DNA from: Polyangiales bacterium
Lineage (GTDB): Bacteria > Myxococcota_A > Polyangia > Polyangiales > Polyangiaceae
NCBI GenBank assembly: GCA_038231275.1
Contig: JBBRLQ010000001.1
Coordinates: 96,001 to 160,000 of the forward strand
DNA length: 64,000 nucleotides
Direction of reading: 5' to 3'
Below are positions 29,481 through 40,937 of this stretch, one piece after another. The position numbers were made by a program, and so were the translations under genes. How positions within the stretch are numbered: position 1 is the stretch's first letter; every line of letters begins with the position of its first letter. The notes beneath the pieces are model-generated. The model did no database searches, was not told the DNA's origin, and saw only the letters and a program-made list of their open reading frames with translations.

Positions 29481-30725
29481 ATGGCGACCGGGATGCGTCG
29501 CCTCGCCTCGCTCGTCGTCACACTCGTGGTCCTCGCCTTCGGGGCGAGCGCGGTCGCCGCGCCGAAGGACGAAGAGGTGGCCCGGGCGCGCGTCCTCGAT
29601 CAGCAAGGCGTGCGCGCGTACAAGGACGGTCGCTACAACGACGCCATCCGCTACTTCAGCGAGGCGTTCAAGCTGGGCGGCCCCGCCAGCGAGCTGTGGA
29701 ACATCGCCAAGTGCCATCTCCGCCTCGACGAGCCGGAGCAGGCCAGCGACGCCTACGATCGCTACTTGATGCAGCAAGGCCTGACGCCGCAGGACAAATC
29801 GGAGGCGCGCGAGGAGCTCGAGGAGCTTCGCCGCCGTCGCTCGATCCTCACGGTCGCGTCGGCGCCGAGCCGCGCGACCGTGTACGTCGACGGCAAGCGA
29901 AACGAAGCGGCGGGGACGACGCCCTTCAGCGTGCAGCTGCCGCCCGGCAACCACAAGATCGACATCGAGCTCGCAGGGCATCGCCCGTACGGCAAAGAGA
30001 TCGAGGCCAAGTACGGCCGCGCGATCATCGTCGACGCCCAGCTCGAGAAGGACCCCAACTTTCAGGTGGCCGCCAAGCCCGTCACGGGTGTCGGCGGCGG
30101 TGTCGACACGCCCGTGGGGCCCCCGCGGAAGAGCGATCTCGGGGATCCGAAGCGCTTCACCGCCAAGGCCGAGGTCGGCGTGGTCTTCTCGAAGCTCGGC
30201 GCCTTCTCGGAGGGCGGACGCCTCGCCTTCGCGTTGAGCGGCACGTACTGGTTCGTCGACGCGCAGCGGTGGGCAGTGGGCGGTGGTTTCCTCCTCCATA
30301 TCACCGGCGACGCGTGGGGCAACACGATCGGCGCGCCGATCAACGGCCCCGGCTGCACGCTGACCATCTCCAATAGCGAGACGGCGACCGAGGTCGCGGG
30401 GTACGGCATCGGCACGTTCGCGTACCGCGTCGCGCCGCGCCTCCGGGTCGCCGCCGACGCGGGGCTCGGCATCGCGGGCTACGGTGCCAGCGCTCTGGGT
30501 GGCGATCTGTTCACGCCGACCTGCCAACCCGCGACCGGCGCGCAGGTGGCCGCCCGCGTGGGGCTTGAGGCGTCGTACACCGTCCTCCCCTTCTTGCGGG
30601 CGACGCTCACACCGCTCGCGCTTCAGGTGCACCCATCGTACGGCGGGGCGCGCTCCACGCCGGTCGACGCGACGGGCACGTGGCTGCGGTTCGGTCTCGG
30701 CCTCGGCCTCGCGGTGGATCTGTGA
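29481..30725 (+). CDS. Exported TPR + PEGA domain protein with a C-terminal beta-barrel-like region
   Basis: Signal peptide, TPR helices, VASAPSRATVYVDG...GTTPF...LPPGNHKI, and a terminal amphipathic strand. The start may be ATG 29493. Confidence 0.85.
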   Translation: MATGMRRLASLVVTLVVLAFGASAVAAPKDEEVARARVLDQQGVRAYKDGRYNDAIRYFSEAFKLGGPASELWNIAKCHLRLDEPEQASDAYDRYLMQQGLTPQDKSEAREELEELRRRRSILTVASAPSRATVYVDGKRNEAAGTTPFSVQLPPGNHKIDIELAGHRPYGKEIEAKYGRAIIVDAQLEKDPNFQVAAKPVTGVGGGVDTPVGPPRKSDLGDPKRFTAKAEVGVVFSKLGAFSEGGRLAFALSGTYWFVDAQRWAVGGGFLLHITGDAWGNTIGAPINGPGCTLTISNSETATEVAGYGIGTFAYRVAPRLRVAADAGLGIAGYGASALGGDLFTPTCQPATGAQVAARVGLEASYTVLPFLRATLTPLALQVHPSYGGARSTPVDATGTWLRFGLGLGLAVDL

Positions 30726-30732
30726 GGCGCGC

Positions 30733-31404
30733 GTGACAGCTACGCTCTTCGACTTCAACGGGGTCCTCGTCGACGACGAGCACGTGCACCTCGCCGCGTT
30801 CCGCGACGTCGTCGAGCCGCTCGGGATCAACCTCACCGAGGCGGTCTACGTCGAGAAATACATGGGGTTCGACGATCGCGGCGCGTTCATGGCCATGCTC
30901 CAAGACGCGGGTTACACGCTCTCGGCCGATCGCATCCGCAGCCTCGTGCGCGCGAAGAAGCCTGCGTACATGTCGCGCATCGAGAGCGGCATGCGCATTT
31001 TCCCCGGAGCGACGGAGATCGTGCGGCGGCGCGCGGCCATGGGCGTCGTCGGGATCGTCTCGGGCGCGCTCGAGCACGAGATCCGCTACTGCCTCGAACG
31101 GATGGGCGTCGCGGAGCTCGTCGCGTTCATCGTTCCGGCGGAGGCGACGCAGGCGAGCAAACCGGATCCCGAGGGGTACATGATCGCGCGGAAGGAGCTC
31201 GCGGCGCGCGGCGTTCCCGACGGTCGCGCGGTGGTCGTCGAGGACTCGGTAGCCGGCGTGCGCGCGGCCAAGGCGGCGGGTCTGCGGTGCGCCGCGGTGG
31301 CCCACGCACACGACGCCGATGCGCTCGTGGGCGCCGGGGCAGACGTCGTCGCCGACGCGATCGCCGAGCTCACCGACACGATGCTCGACGGTTCCCAACC
31401 GTGA
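30733..31404 (+). CDS. HAD family phosphatase
   Basis: LFDFNGVLVDDE, IVSGA, SKPDPEGY and VVEDSVAG. Confidence 0.9.
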   Translation: MTATLFDFNGVLVDDEHVHLAAFRDVVEPLGINLTEAVYVEKYMGFDDRGAFMAMLQDAGYTLSADRIRSLVRAKKPAYMSRIESGMRIFPGATEIVRRRAAMGVVGIVSGALEHEIRYCLERMGVAELVAFIVPAEATQASKPDPEGYMIARKELAARGVPDGRAVVVEDSVAGVRAAKAAGLRCAAVAHAHDADALVGAGADVVADAIAELTDTMLDGSQP

Positions 31405-32552
31405 AGGGCGTCGCCATCGCCCTCGCGACGGCGCTCGTCACGACGGTCGCGCATGCCGGGCCTCGCGCGTCGCCCGCGACCGGTGCCGACGGTTGGCGCG
31501 CGGCCGGCCTCCGCGGCGCCCGCGGGATGACGATCGGCCCCATCGAGAACGGCTACCACCCCGACGTCGGCTACGGATCGGCCGCGTACGGCCGCACGCT
31601 CGTCGAGTGCCGCGCGATGGGCGCGGAGTGGGTGAGCGTCACGCCGTTCGGACGCGTCGCGGACCTGCGCGGCCAAGGCGTCGACCTCACCTTCGAGGCA
31701 CCCTTCGAGGCGACGCGCGCGGCCGTGACGCGCGCGGTGGAGATGGCGCACGCGCGCGGCCTCAAGGTCATGATCGTGCCGCACCTTTGGGTCGAGTCCG
31801 GCGAGTGGCGCGCGAAGATCGATCCCGGCACCGACGCGGGCTGGGCGCGCTGGGCTGCGAGCTACCGCCGGTTCGTGCTCACGTGGGCGAAGGTCGCGGA
31901 GGAGTCACGCGCGGAGCTGTTCAGCGCCGGCGTCGAGCTGCGCTCGTGGGTGACGACGACGCGCGCGCCGAGCTTCGCGGCGATCGTGCGCGACGTGCGC
32001 GCGGTCTACCACGGCATGGTGACGTACTCGGCCAACTGGGACGACGTCGACGACACCGTGATCCTCGGCGATCTCGACGTCGTCGGCATCAACGCGTTCT
32101 ACCCGCTCGCCGACAAGGACGGCGCCGGCTTCCCCGAGCTCCTCGCCGGCGGCGGCCGCGTCCGCGACAAAGTCCACCGCCTCGCCGAGACGTGGCGACG
32201 ACCCGTCCTCTTCACGGAGATCGGCTACACGACGCGACGTGATCCCGCGATCCGACCATGGGAGTGGCCGGACGGGATGAAGGACGTGAAGATCGACGAG
32301 CAAGCGCAAGCGCGCGCGTACTGGGCGCTCCTCGCGCCGCTGCTCGATGAGCCTTATTTTGCCGGGTTTTTCGTGTGGCGCGTCTACGCCGATCCGGACG
32401 ACGTGTCGCAAGAGGCGGAGTGGGGCTTCTCTCCGCGCGGCAAGCTCGCCGAGCTCGTCGTCCGTGACGCGTTCGCTGCGTCATGGGCCGCCGATCCCGA
32501 GCGCAGATCGGGGTGGGCTCCCGGCGCAGAGGTGCCGGGAGTGTGGCCGTAA
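31401..32552 (+). CDS. Exported GH113-like TIM-barrel glycoside hydrolase
   Basis: GLKVMIVPHLW, GVEL (acid/base), TYSANWD, GINAFYPL and FTEIGY (nucleophile). GTGA overlap. Confidence 0.8.
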   Translation: MKGVAIALATALVTTVAHAGPRASPATGADGWRAAGLRGARGMTIGPIENGYHPDVGYGSAAYGRTLVECRAMGAEWVSVTPFGRVADLRGQGVDLTFEAPFEATRAAVTRAVEMAHARGLKVMIVPHLWVESGEWRAKIDPGTDAGWARWAASYRRFVLTWAKVAEESRAELFSAGVELRSWVTTTRAPSFAAIVRDVRAVYHGMVTYSANWDDVDDTVILGDLDVVGINAFYPLADKDGAGFPELLAGGGRVRDKVHRLAETWRRPVLFTEIGYTTRRDPAIRPWEWPDGMKDVKIDEQAQARAYWALLAPLLDEPYFAGFFVWRVYADPDDVSQEAEWGFSPRGKLAELVVRDAFAASWAADPERRSGWAPGAEVPGVWP

Positions 32553-32553
32553 G

Positions 32554-33450
32554 TCAGTTGGTGATGAGAAAATCGTCGTAGTCGGTCGAGATGGCGTCCG
32601 CCGGGCCATCGATCGCGCCGCCCACGAAGAACTCGATCTTGCCCGAGCTCGTCACGAATGGGTACTGCACGGTCGACGCACTGACGCCGTTGTCGAAGCT
32701 GACGGTGAGGAGGTTTCCGAAGGTGACGTCGACGTCGAACCGGCGCCACTCGTCGGACGCCGCAGGGAGGATCATGGGCTGAAAATCGCCATTCTGGTGC
32801 GCAAGGTCGTTGGGGCAATGCGCGGTGATCCCCGGATTCGCGGTGGTAGCGCCGTAGCCGATCGTGCAGTTGGTCGCGCCTGTGGCTACGCTCGTCAAGT
32901 AGAAGCGGAAGAACTCCACGCGCCCCCCCGCAGCCGTTGGGTCTCCGGCGAGGTACTTAATCCTCATCGAGATGTGGAAGTGCGTCTGGGTGTCGGACAA
33001 CTTCATCGTGAGCTGTCCCTTCCCGCTCTGGCCTGTCGAGAAGAGGGGGCTCGTGAAGGCCAACGCGCCAGGGGGCGAGACGCCGGAGTCCACGAGGCCG
33101 AGCTTGGCCGGGCTGATCGTATCCTCGAGCGTCGTAACGAGTGTCCCGCGAATGTAACCTCGATGGAGCACGCCTTCGTCGAAGTCCGCGCAAAACACTG
33201 CGTCGGCTTGCGCGGCGCAGCGCAATGGGCCGGCGTCGGCGGCCGCGTCGGTCGAGGCCCCGTCCGCAGCGTCGACGGCCGGCGCGTCGGCAGAGGCGTC
33301 GCTACCGGCATCGGCGTCGGGTAGTCCCGAATCGCCCGCGTCCGCCGGGTCGCTCGAGTACGCGATGTCGTCGATTTGGAGCACGGCGCTGCACGCGCTC
33401 GCTGCGGCAGCGACGGCGAGCACGACCGCGGCCAAACGCGAGGGCGCCAT
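32554..33450 (-). CDS. Hypothetical lipoprotein with a DA-rich linker and a beta-sandwich-like domain
   Basis: Lipobox ASAC, DAG repeats and the FCADFD motif. Confidence 0.75.
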   Translation of the reverse strand: MAPSRLAAVVLAVAAAASACSAVLQIDDIAYSSDPADAGDSGLPDADAGSDASADAPAVDAADGASTDAAADAGPLRCAAQADAVFCADFDEGVLHRGYIRGTLVTTLEDTISPAKLGLVDSGVSPPGALAFTSPLFSTGQSGKGQLTMKLSDTQTHFHISMRIKYLAGDPTAAGGRVEFFRFYLTSVATGATNCTIGYGATTANPGITAHCPNDLAHQNGDFQPMILPAASDEWRRFDVDVTFGNLLTVSFDNGVSASTVQYPFVTSSGKIEFFVGGAIDGPADAISTDYDDFLITN

Positions 33451-33568
33451 GTCTTCAGTCTAGGGCGGAAGTCGTTTGCCCGTGCGTGGCAAACGACTCG
33501 AGCGACCCCCGGAGGCCGGTAGAAGTTGGCCCCGCGCGCGGCCCCTTTCTACGATCGCCCGGCCGCCC

Positions 33569-34627
33569 ATGCCGCGCCTGACCACGCTCGCCCTCCTCGT
33601 CTCGCTCGCCGCGGGCAGCTGGTTCGGCCTCGGAAAGCCCGACGTCGCCCAGGCCGCGCAAGGCTTGCGCGCGGCGCGTACGTTGGCGGCGCGGGCGTTC
33701 GTGTCGGGTGGTTCGTTCCCGCACGCGGGGATGCCACCGGTGGAGCCCGCGACGCCGGGTGTCGATCCCACACTCCTCCCCGATCCGACGCCGTGGCCAC
33801 GCCTCAACCCCACGGTCTCGACCCGTCGCGCGTGGCTGCTCGCGGAAGGGCCGCACCACGCGCCGGGAGACGGTCGCCGACTCGTCACCTTCACGTTCGA
33901 CGACGGTCCGTTCCCCGAGACCACGCCGGTCTTCCTCAAGGTCCTCGCCCGCCACGAGGTGAAGGCCGCCTTCTTCTGGATCGGCCACTACCTCGACGGC
34001 GACGCCGATCGCGCCGTGAAGACCCGCGAGATCGCGCGCCAGGTCTCCGCCGAAGGGCACCTCGTCGGCAACCACACGCACGATCACATGCGCCTCACGA
34101 TCCTCCCGCGCACGGACGTGCTGGAGCAGATCGATCGCGGGAGCTTGTCGATCGAAAACGCCATCGGAAAGCGCCCGACGCTGTTTCGGCCGCCATTCGG
34201 TCAGCTGGACGCGTGGACGAGCGAGCGCCTGCAGGAGCGCGGCGCCGAGCTGGTCTTGTGGAGTGTCGAGGCCAGCGACATGAAGAGCGACGACGCGCAG
34301 GCGATCTTCGACAGCCTCCGCGAGCAGCTCGAATATGCCGGCGGCGGCGTCGTGCTGCTCCATGACGTTCGATGGGCGTCGGCCGAGGCGCTCGACAAGC
34401 TCCTCACTTGGCTCGGCCACCACCGCTGGGATCCCGCGAAGCCCGAGGTCGTCGGCTACCAGGTCACCGACCTCGTAGGGTACCTCCGCGCCACCGCGTC
34501 CCATCCCCAGCCGTACGACGATCGTGGCGCGCTCGAGCAAGCGCGCAGCGCGGAGTGGCGAAAGCAGCACCCCTCACGTGCGGCCCCGCCCGCCGTGCTC
34601 GCGACGACCGGCTCGGAAGCGCTCTGA
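33569..34627 (+). CDS. Polysaccharide deacetylase (CE4/NodB)
   Basis: FTFDDGP, GNHTHDH, FRPPFG and VLLHD, with a signal peptide. Confidence 0.9.
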   Translation: MPRLTTLALLVSLAAGSWFGLGKPDVAQAAQGLRAARTLAARAFVSGGSFPHAGMPPVEPATPGVDPTLLPDPTPWPRLNPTVSTRRAWLLAEGPHHAPGDGRRLVTFTFDDGPFPETTPVFLKVLARHEVKAAFFWIGHYLDGDADRAVKTREIARQVSAEGHLVGNHTHDHMRLTILPRTDVLEQIDRGSLSIENAIGKRPTLFRPPFGQLDAWTSERLQERGAELVLWSVEASDMKSDDAQAIFDSLREQLEYAGGGVVLLHDVRWASAEALDKLLTWLGHHRWDPAKPEVVGYQVTDLVGYLRATASHPQPYDDRGALEQARSAEWRKQHPSRAAPPAVLATTGSEAL

Positions 34628-34714
34628 CGAGGGTGCTAGGGTAGGAGATTCCAGGAGTCGTGCGGATGCGGGGGCGTCGATGAGGCCGTTGAGGGGTGCG
34701 TTACCGCGATCGGT

Positions 34715-35896
34715 GTGGAGGCGCTCGTGAGCGATCGGCCCAGCATTCCGCTGCTCGCCGGGAGCAAGGAGCTCGCCCCGCTGCTCGAGGTCGCCATCGA
34801 GCACCTCGACGATGCGATCCTCGTCACCGAGGGCGACGCTTGCACGCCACGGCGGATCGTCTACGTAAACCCGGCCTTCTCGCGGATGACCGGGTTCGCG
34901 TTCCACGAGGCCGTCGGCAAGACGCCGGACATCACGATCGGTCCCGACACCGATCGCGTAGCGCTCGCGCGCATCCAAGAGGCGCGCGCGGAAAAGAGAG
35001 CGGTACGCGAAGAGATCCTCAAGTACCGGAAGGACGGCACGACGTTCTGGGCCGAGCTCGACGTCTTGCCCGTCCTCGACGAGAGCGGCGCGGTCACGCA
35101 TTACCTCGGCGTGGTGCGCGAGGTCTCCGAGCGGAAGGCGCTGCAAGCGCGCCTGCTGGAGGCGGATCGCCTGGCCTCCCTGGGTACGCTCGTCGCCGGC
35201 ATCGCACACGAGATCAACAACCCGCTTTCGTACATCCTCGCGAACCTGAAGTTCGTCGGCGAGATCCTCGGCGCGCCGCAGGGACCGAACGGGTTGACGC
35301 TCGCCGCCGCCGATGTCACGGAGCTGCGGACCGCGCTGGAAGAGGTCGAGCTCGGCGCCGAGCGCGTCAAGCGCATCGTGAAGGATCTGCGCGTCTTCTC
35401 GCGCGCCGAGCACGCGAAGACGGAGCCCGTCGATCTTGCCGAGATCGTCTCTGCGTCGCTCAAGCTGGTGCGCGCGGAGATCGGCGACCGCGCGCTGGTG
35501 GTCCAGCAGCTCGACGGCTGCGGCAAGGTCGTCGGCGACACGAGCCGCCTCGGGCAGGTCTTCGTCAACGTGCTGCTGAACGCCGCGCAGGCCCTGCCGA
35601 CCGACGCGCCGATGGGCGGATGCATCGAGATCCGCGGGCAGCGCGAGGGCGGGATCGTTCGCGTTCAGGTCTCCGACGACGGCGCCGGCATCGCGCCCGA
35701 GAACCTGGGGCGCATCTTCCAGCCGTTCTTCACCACCAAGCCGGTCGGGGTCGGCACCGGACTCGGCCTTCCGATTTGCCAGAGCATCGTGGCGGCCCTC
35801 GGCGGCCGCATCTCCATCGAGAGCGTGCTCGGCGAAGGGACGACGGTGACCCTCGAGCTCGTCGCCGCCAAGGACCCGCCGATCACCCGCCCGTGA
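34715..35896 (+). CDS. PAS-domain sensor histidine kinase (NtrB-like)
   Basis: PAS domain (YVNPAF...YRKDGTTFW), H-box AHEINNPL, N-box, DDGAGI and PFFTTKPVGVGTGLGL. Confidence 0.92.
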   Translation: MEALVSDRPSIPLLAGSKELAPLLEVAIEHLDDAILVTEGDACTPRRIVYVNPAFSRMTGFAFHEAVGKTPDITIGPDTDRVALARIQEARAEKRAVREEILKYRKDGTTFWAELDVLPVLDESGAVTHYLGVVREVSERKALQARLLEADRLASLGTLVAGIAHEINNPLSYILANLKFVGEILGAPQGPNGLTLAAADVTELRTALEEVELGAERVKRIVKDLRVFSRAEHAKTEPVDLAEIVSASLKLVRAEIGDRALVVQQLDGCGKVVGDTSRLGQVFVNVLLNAAQALPTDAPMGGCIEIRGQREGGIVRVQVSDDGAGIAPENLGRIFQPFFTTKPVGVGTGLGLPICQSIVAALGGRISIESVLGEGTTVTLELVAAKDPPITRP

Positions 35897-36593
35897 TGGA
35901 CTCGCAGATGCGCTTGCCTTCGGCGCCGCTCGGCTGCCCGTCCTTCACGTCGATTTTGCAGTAGCCGTCGTTCCGCAGCATGTCGACCATCTCGACGACC
36001 GCCGCGTCGCCCCACCGGCGCTGGCCGTCGAAGCGCGCGCGAATGACGCCGCGCTTGTCGATGATGAACGTCTCCGGGAAGAGGTGCGTCCCGTACTTGC
36101 CCATGACGACGTCCGCCTCGGGATCGAAGAGGATCGTGAACGGCGGCGCCTCGTCGCGGAGGACGCCCTTCAGCGTGTCCCTCACCGAATCGGGCCCCTC
36201 GTCGGTCGAGACCGCGAGCACCGCGACGTCGGCGCGCGAGCTCAAGATGCGCGTGAGATCGGCGAGCTCCGGCATCTCCTCGAGGCAAGGACCGCACGTC
36301 TTGGTCCAGAAATTCAGGACGACGACCTTGCCGCGGTACGCCGACAGGCTCACCGTCTCCCCCTTCATGCCCTTCAGCGCGAAGTCCGGGGCCTTGCGAT
36401 CGGCGCCCGCGTAGTCGGGGTGCAGGATGCACGTCGCGCTGCACTGGCGGCGGGCCTCTCCCTCGCGCGCGACGTTGACGAAGCTGTAGACGAGCACCGC
36501 CGCCGCCGCGACGAAGACGAGGTGGACGAGCATGAACAGCTGCTCGCTCTTGACGGGTGCTGCTTCCTTGCTCTTCTTTTGACGCTCGGCCAT
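35883..36593 (-). CDS. TlpA/ResA-family thiol-disulfide oxidoreductase
   Basis: N-terminal TM helix, APDFAL, VVLNFWTKTCGPC and cis-Pro motif FPETFIID. Confidence 0.9.
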   Translation of the reverse strand: MAERQKKSKEAAPVKSEQLFMLVHLVFVAAAAVLVYSFVNVAREGEARRQCSATCILHPDYAGADRKAPDFALKGMKGETVSLSAYRGKVVVLNFWTKTCGPCLEEMPELADLTRILSSRADVAVLAVSTDEGPDSVRDTLKGVLRDEAPPFTILFDPEADVVMGKYGTHLFPETFIIDKRGVIRARFDGQRRWGDAAVVEMVDMLRNDGYCKIDVKDGQPSGAEGKRICESITGG

Positions 36594-36607
36594 CGCCCGC
36601 AAAGCTA

Positions 36608-38083
<1,476 letters not shown>

Positions 38084-38213
38084 AGGGACCGTGTTCCTGC
38101 TGGATTTCGCGCGAACTTGCAAATGGGGCGAACTGCCCCACCGGCCCTCGGCATCCCGCGAGCGCGCCTGTGGTATTCGAAATCCCTCGGGTTTCGAGAG
38201 GGGAGCGCATCGC

Positions 38214-39362
38214 ATGCACGTGGTTTCTCGCCGAATCTTCGCCGCTGGGCTCGCGCTCTGCACCTGGACCGCGCTCACCACCGGCTGCGGCAAGAAGACC
38301 GACGACATCGCGGTCGGCGCGTACCTCTCCCTCTCCGGCTCGGACTCGACGTTCGGCACCGACACGCGCGACGGCATCGAGCTCGCGGTGCAACAGACGA
38401 ACGCGGCCGGGGGCATCCGCGGCAAGAAGCTCCGCGTCATCTACGAGGACGACAAATCGACCGCCGCCGAGGCGACCAACAAGGTCCGTCAGCTCATCGA
38501 TCGCGACGGCGTGTACGCGCTCCTCGGCGAGGTCGCGTCGAGCCGCTCCCTCGCCGGTGGCCTCATCGCCAACAGCAAGAAGATCCCGATGGTGACGCCG
38601 TCGTCGACGGCGGTCGAGGTCACCAAGGATCGCGAGTACGTCTTTCGCACCTGCTTCACGAACACGCAGCAGGGCGACGTCGCCGCGCGCTTCCTCCACG
38701 ACAAACTGAAAAAGACGAAGGTGGGCGTCTTCTACGTCGCGCAGGACAACTACTCGTCCGGCCTCGCGCAGGCGTTCAAGGACAGCTTCACCAAGCTCGG
38801 CGGAACGATCGTCATCGAGAAAGGCTACCCGGCGAAGGAGACGAACTTCACCACGTTCCTCGAGGCGTTCAAGGCGGCGAGCCCCGAGGCGATCTTCGTC
38901 CCGAACTACTACAGCGACATGGTGCAGATCGCCCGGCAAGCAAAGAGCGTCGGCATTCCCGGCTCGATGTTCGTCGGCGGCGACGCGTGGGACAGCGAAG
39001 ATCTCATCCAAGGCGCCGGCGCCGAGCTCGAGGGCGCGTACTTCATGAACCACTACGCGCCCGACGTGCCGTGGGAGAGCTCGCGCGCGTTCGTGAAGAG
39101 CTTCAAAGAGAAGTTCGGGCACGACCCCGGAAGCATCGCCGCGCAGGGGTACGACGGCGCGCGCCTCCTCTTCGACGCGATCGCGCGCGCGACCGAGCTG
39201 ACACCCGAGGCGATCAAGAACGCGATCGCGGACACCAAGAATTTCCAGGGCGCGACGGGGATGCTGACGATCGACAAGGATCACAACGCGAACAAGCCGA
39301 TCGTCGTCGTGCAGGTGAAGAACAAGAAATTCACCTACGTCGATCAGCTGACCTCCCAGTAG
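38214..39362 (+). CDS. Branched-chain amino acid ABC transporter substrate-binding lipoprotein (LivK/LivJ-like)
   Basis: Lipobox TTGC, NAAGGIRG, GEVASSRS, VFRTCF, AAQGYD and FQGATG. Confidence 0.9.
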   Translation: MHVVSRRIFAAGLALCTWTALTTGCGKKTDDIAVGAYLSLSGSDSTFGTDTRDGIELAVQQTNAAGGIRGKKLRVIYEDDKSTAAEATNKVRQLIDRDGVYALLGEVASSRSLAGGLIANSKKIPMVTPSSTAVEVTKDREYVFRTCFTNTQQGDVAARFLHDKLKKTKVGVFYVAQDNYSSGLAQAFKDSFTKLGGTIVIEKGYPAKETNFTTFLEAFKAASPEAIFVPNYYSDMVQIARQAKSVGIPGSMFVGGDAWDSEDLIQGAGAELEGAYFMNHYAPDVPWESSRAFVKSFKEKFGHDPGSIAAQGYDGARLLFDAIARATELTPEAIKNAIADTKNFQGATGMLTIDKDHNANKPIVVVQVKNKKFTYVDQLTSQ

Positions 39363-39380
39363 GCCACCTAGAAGCCCGTC

Positions 39381-40256
39381 GTGCACAAGGTCTTCGAGGC
39401 GATCGTCACCGGGCTCGCGCAGGGGTCGATGATCGCGCTCGTCGCGCTCGGGTACACGATGGTGTACGGCGTCCTCAGGCTGATCAACTTCGCGCACAGC
39501 GAGGTGTTCATGATGGCCGCGTACGTCGGCCTCTTCGTCATCACGGCCCTCGGCGGCGCGGCGAGCCCGGTGGCGGCGGGAGCGATCGGCGCGGTGCTCA
39601 CGATGGCCGCGGCGTCGCTCCTCGGCGTGACCGTCGAGCGCCTCGCGTACCGTCCCTTGCGCGGACGCGGCAAGGGTCCGCTCGCGCGCGTGACGCCGCT
39701 CGTGACGGCGATCGGTATGTCGGTCCTCCTCCAGAACCTCGCGCAGCTCCTCTTCACGGCGCGCTACCGCCCGTACCCGCGCCTCTTCGAGCAGACGCGG
39801 CCGGTCATCTTCGTCGTCGCGGTGGTGGTGATGGTGGCGCTCGAGCTGGTCGTGAAGCGCACGTGGTTCGGCAAGGCGATGCGCGCGCTCAGCGTGAACG
39901 AAGAGGGGGCGCGGCTGATGGGCATCCGGACGGGCCGCGTGATCGCGACGACGTTCGCGCTCGGCTCGTCGCTCGCCGCGGTGGGAGCGATCTTGTTCTG
40001 CCTCGACCAGTCGCAGGTCTACCCGACGATGGGCGTCGTCATCGGTACGCGCGCGTTCGTCGCGGCGGTCCTCGGCGGGATCGGGAGCATTCCTGGAGCC
40101 ATGCTCGGCGGACTGCTCATCGGCGTGCTTGGAGAGCTCGTGAAGCTGACGGACTACTCGGGCGGCGTGGACGTGCTGGTCTTCCTGGTCTTGATCGCGG
40201 TGCTCCTGGTCCGCCCGTCGGGGCTCATGGGAGCGGCGCGGGCGGAGAAGGTCTAA
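39381..40256 (+). CDS. livH: Branched-chain amino acid ABC transporter permease
   Basis: ALVALGYTMVYGVLRLINFAH, GKAMRA and AFVAAVLGGIGSIPGAMLGG. Confidence 0.9.
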   Translation: MHKVFEAIVTGLAQGSMIALVALGYTMVYGVLRLINFAHSEVFMMAAYVGLFVITALGGAASPVAAGAIGAVLTMAAASLLGVTVERLAYRPLRGRGKGPLARVTPLVTAIGMSVLLQNLAQLLFTARYRPYPRLFEQTRPVIFVVAVVVMVALELVVKRTWFGKAMRALSVNEEGARLMGIRTGRVIATTFALGSSLAAVGAILFCLDQSQVYPTMGVVIGTRAFVAAVLGGIGSIPGAMLGGLLIGVLGELVKLTDYSGGVDVLVFLVLIAVLLVRPSGLMGAARAEKV

Positions 40257-40275
40257 GAAATCGACCCATCGACGC

Positions 40276-40305
40276 TTGACTGACCGCCGGTCAGTGACTT
40301 AGGGT
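40276..40305 (+). promoter_or_regulatory. sigma70-type promoter with an overlapping palindromic TetR operator
   Basis: TTGACT (40276-40281), 18 nt spacer, TAGGGT (40300-40305). Perfect inverted repeat ACTGACCG-C-CGGTCAGT at 40279-40295. Confidence 0.75.
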
Positions 40306-40313
40306 CGCCCGCC

Positions 40314-40937
40314 ATGAACGCCGGAACGGAGCCGATCACACGCAAAGAGAAGGCGGACGACACGCGCGCACGCCTCTTCTTCGCCGCGGCCGCGCTGTTC
40401 GCGGAGCAGGGCTACCACGCGACGACCGTCGATCAGATCGCGAAGAAGGCCGGCGTCGCGAAGGGCACGTTCTTTGTTCACTTCCCCGCGAAGGCCGCGG
40501 TGGTGACCGAGCTCGTGCGCATCCAGACGCGCGCGGCGCGGCGTGAGCGGGAGCGGCTTCTAGCAGAGGGTGCGTCGCCGGTCGCGCGCCTTCGAGCGAC
40601 GGTGATGACCCTGGGCGAGCGCGCGGGAGGGAGCCGGACGTTGTCGCGCGCGGTGCTCGCGGCGGGGCTGGAGAGCCCGGACGTCGGCGGCGCGACCGAT
40701 GCGCTCTTCCATGAGGTCTTCCGGCTGATGATCGAGGACGTGAACGAGGCGCAGAAGAAGCGCCTCCTCGCGCCCAAGCCCGACGCGGAGACGCTCGCGG
40801 GTGTGCTGATGGCGTCGTACCTCGGCGCCGCGCTCCACTTCACGACGACGCCGGACGCGAAGGCGCTCATGGACATCCTGACGCCGCTCCTCGACGCGAA
40901 CTTGCAGGCCTTGACCACCAAGAAGGGCTCCCGATGA
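40314..40937 (+). CDS. TetR/AcrR family regulator
   Basis: LFAEQGYHATTVDQIAKKAGVAKGTFFVHFPAK. Confidence 0.92.
   Translation: MNAGTEPITRKEKADDTRARLFFAAAALFAEQGYHATTVDQIAKKAGVAKGTFFVHFPAKAAVVTELVRIQTRAARRERERLLAEGASPVARLRATVMTLGERAGGSRTLSRAVLAAGLESPDVGGATDALFHEVFRLMIEDVNEAQKKRLLAPKPDAETLAGVLMASYLGAALHFTTTPDAKALMDILTPLLDANLQALTTKKGSR

Noticed and set aside
30733-30770. HAD motif I reading DFN instead of DxD as a sign of inactivation
   Set aside because: The nucleophilic Asp and the other motifs are intact, and DxN variants occur in this family.
34790-35130. LOV-like appearance of the kinase PAS domain
   Set aside because: The GxNCRFLQ motif with the photoactive Cys is replaced by GKTPDITI, so it was treated as an ordinary PAS domain.
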